Source of the DNA: Tubulanus polymorphus
Taxonomy: Eukaryota > Animalia > Nemertea
Assembly (NCBI RefSeq): GCF_964204645.1
Contig: NC_134030.1
Location: 11,429,947-11,493,946, forward strand
DNA: 64,000 nt
Direction: 5' to 3'
In this document: positions 62,401 to 64,000 of the stretch, piece by piece
Layout of the letters: the number at the start of each line of letters is the position of its first letter
Numbering within the stretch: the stretch's first letter is position 1
Program-made: the position numbers and the translations under genes
The notes under the pieces: model-generated
Database searches by the model: none
Seen by the model: only the letters and a program-made list of their open reading frames with translations
What the model was told of the DNA's origin: nothing

Positions 62401-64000
62401 TGAAACTGTATAAATTTAGGTGGGTAATGATATGAGAAACCTGAAAAATTCAGGAAATCAGATAGATCTGAAAAGAATCAGGGAAGACTAGTGAATTTGA
62501 CAAATTTTGCAAAAACCTGGAAAAATCGGGGAATTTGGAAATGTTATTGACTACGCGCTTCTCCATCAGCGCAGTACATGGTTCATAAAAATGACAACAC
62601 TTAAACCAAGAGATCTCGGATGATTATCATCGTTATCATTATTGTTTCTCATTTCCGGCTAGGTGAAAAAAAAGCTCTTTCTGACGCATTTCACTTGTAA
62701 AAGCAGGGGATCCTAGCTTTAAAAAAACAAATGAGAGTTACTTCCAAATATCTTTAAAAAAGAAAATGCTGCCTGCAAAAAAAAGATAAGAATGAAAACG
62801 TGCCTGCCTGGCCATTTTCCGGGATTTTGAAAATGAGCAACAAGATATCATTGTTTTTATAGCTATTTTAAACTTTCTATTAAATATTCTATGTCACCAG
62901 GAATAGGAATTATGAGTTGGTATGGGCGTTAAAAATATCTTTAGAGTCGAGGGTGTGGAGGGCGTAGAAATGGGAGGAATACGAAAATCAGAATACCGGT
63001 GCGTACTCGATCAAAATAATACTTCGGCCCTTTCGCCCGGTCATAAAACAGGTTTCGATTGTGGCTTAGTATTATTATATATCTACTTTTCTTGATAATG
63101 AAAGTGAATAAATAGTGACACGAGTCGCAAGTGTATTTGTTTTACGTGAAATTAACAATTGAATACCACATGCCGATAAAGAAAATAGGTTTTTTTACCA
63201 ACATTTTATCGCCGCTGATACAATCAAAATTAGGCCACGCAAACCCCGAGTTTCTATTCATCCGCGATATAAACAGGAAAATATGTAACAATTCCTAAAT
63301 TGCATTTCCCCTGATTTAATAGTGGCTTGTGGGTATATTTGCTTTCTGCGGTTGTGATTTATTTTCGTTTTTTTTCCATGAGCCGGCGAACGGCTTGAGT
63401 TCACTCGACAATAGTGCTTGCTCCAAATTCCTAACAAGCTGCGACCCGTTTTGATAGATATTTAGTTTTAACTGCAATGTTTCGAGCCTATGAACCGTTT
63501 CATACTGAAGTGATAAAATGATGGGAGGAGAAACACGTGCAGTGCGAACTTCTTCGTATAAAGATTACAAAACCCCTGCTGAAGTGAGGTAAGGTCTCAA
63601 AATTTATGAAATTCCATGCTGGTATAATCGTTTTCTCGTTTATTCACTACATATTCACAATACTGAGATCTTGATTCAAGTATTCATTTTCAGCGATCAA
63701 GTTAAATTTGCAGAAGACTTTCTGAACTTCTGCTCCGTAAGTATATTAGCAAGTATATACATTTTGAGTAATCAACAAATTTTCCTTAATTGGTACAGTA
63801 AAATGACTGCAGAGATGAGGCACAAAAATCAATGCTCTATTTGATCTCATTTTTGGGGAAAAATGTCTATATTTGAGGATTCTATTTAAGTGACTCTTTT
63901 CCCAGAGTGTTGTTAGCGACACGCAGAAGAATATCCTGAAACCAGAGATTCCTGAGACAGTAACAGTGCAGCCCTGTTCTACGAAGGTAAATATAATTCT

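Noticed and set aside
63085-63660. Non-autonomous element bounded by GTGAATAAA/TTTATTCAC
   Set aside because: The inverted match is too short and no TSD could be defined by eye.

Overview
AT-rich eukaryotic (invertebrate-like) genomic DNA. The one intact host gene is a 9-exon DHRS4-like peroxisomal short-chain dehydrogenase/reductase on the + strand (CDS 6314..58581, 293 aa, ending in the PTS1 signal SRL). Its third intron is 36.1 kb, and 35.1 kb of it is a nested stack of mobile elements. A Helentron-type non-autonomous element (HINE, 11921..47020) contains a Tigger/pogo transposon (12842..46269, TA duplication). That contains a second HINE copy (13141..44223), whose (GTCC)n microsatellite is interrupted by an unclassified 29.8-kb element (13230..43007). 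This element has ends built from an inverted repeated 14-bp motif and carries a ~26-copy, ~743-bp satellite in which each monomer contains the same motif twice. The rest of the window holds a Penelope-like retroelement remnant, a TIR-bounded KDZ (CxC5/CxC6) transposon relic with a telomere-like intron, a foldback element with an 8-bp TSD, LINE remnants, many MITEs with clear TIRs/TSDs, and a strong excess of TAGGCCTA palindromes, one inside DHRS4 exon 2. All calls were made by eye; no database searches were run.
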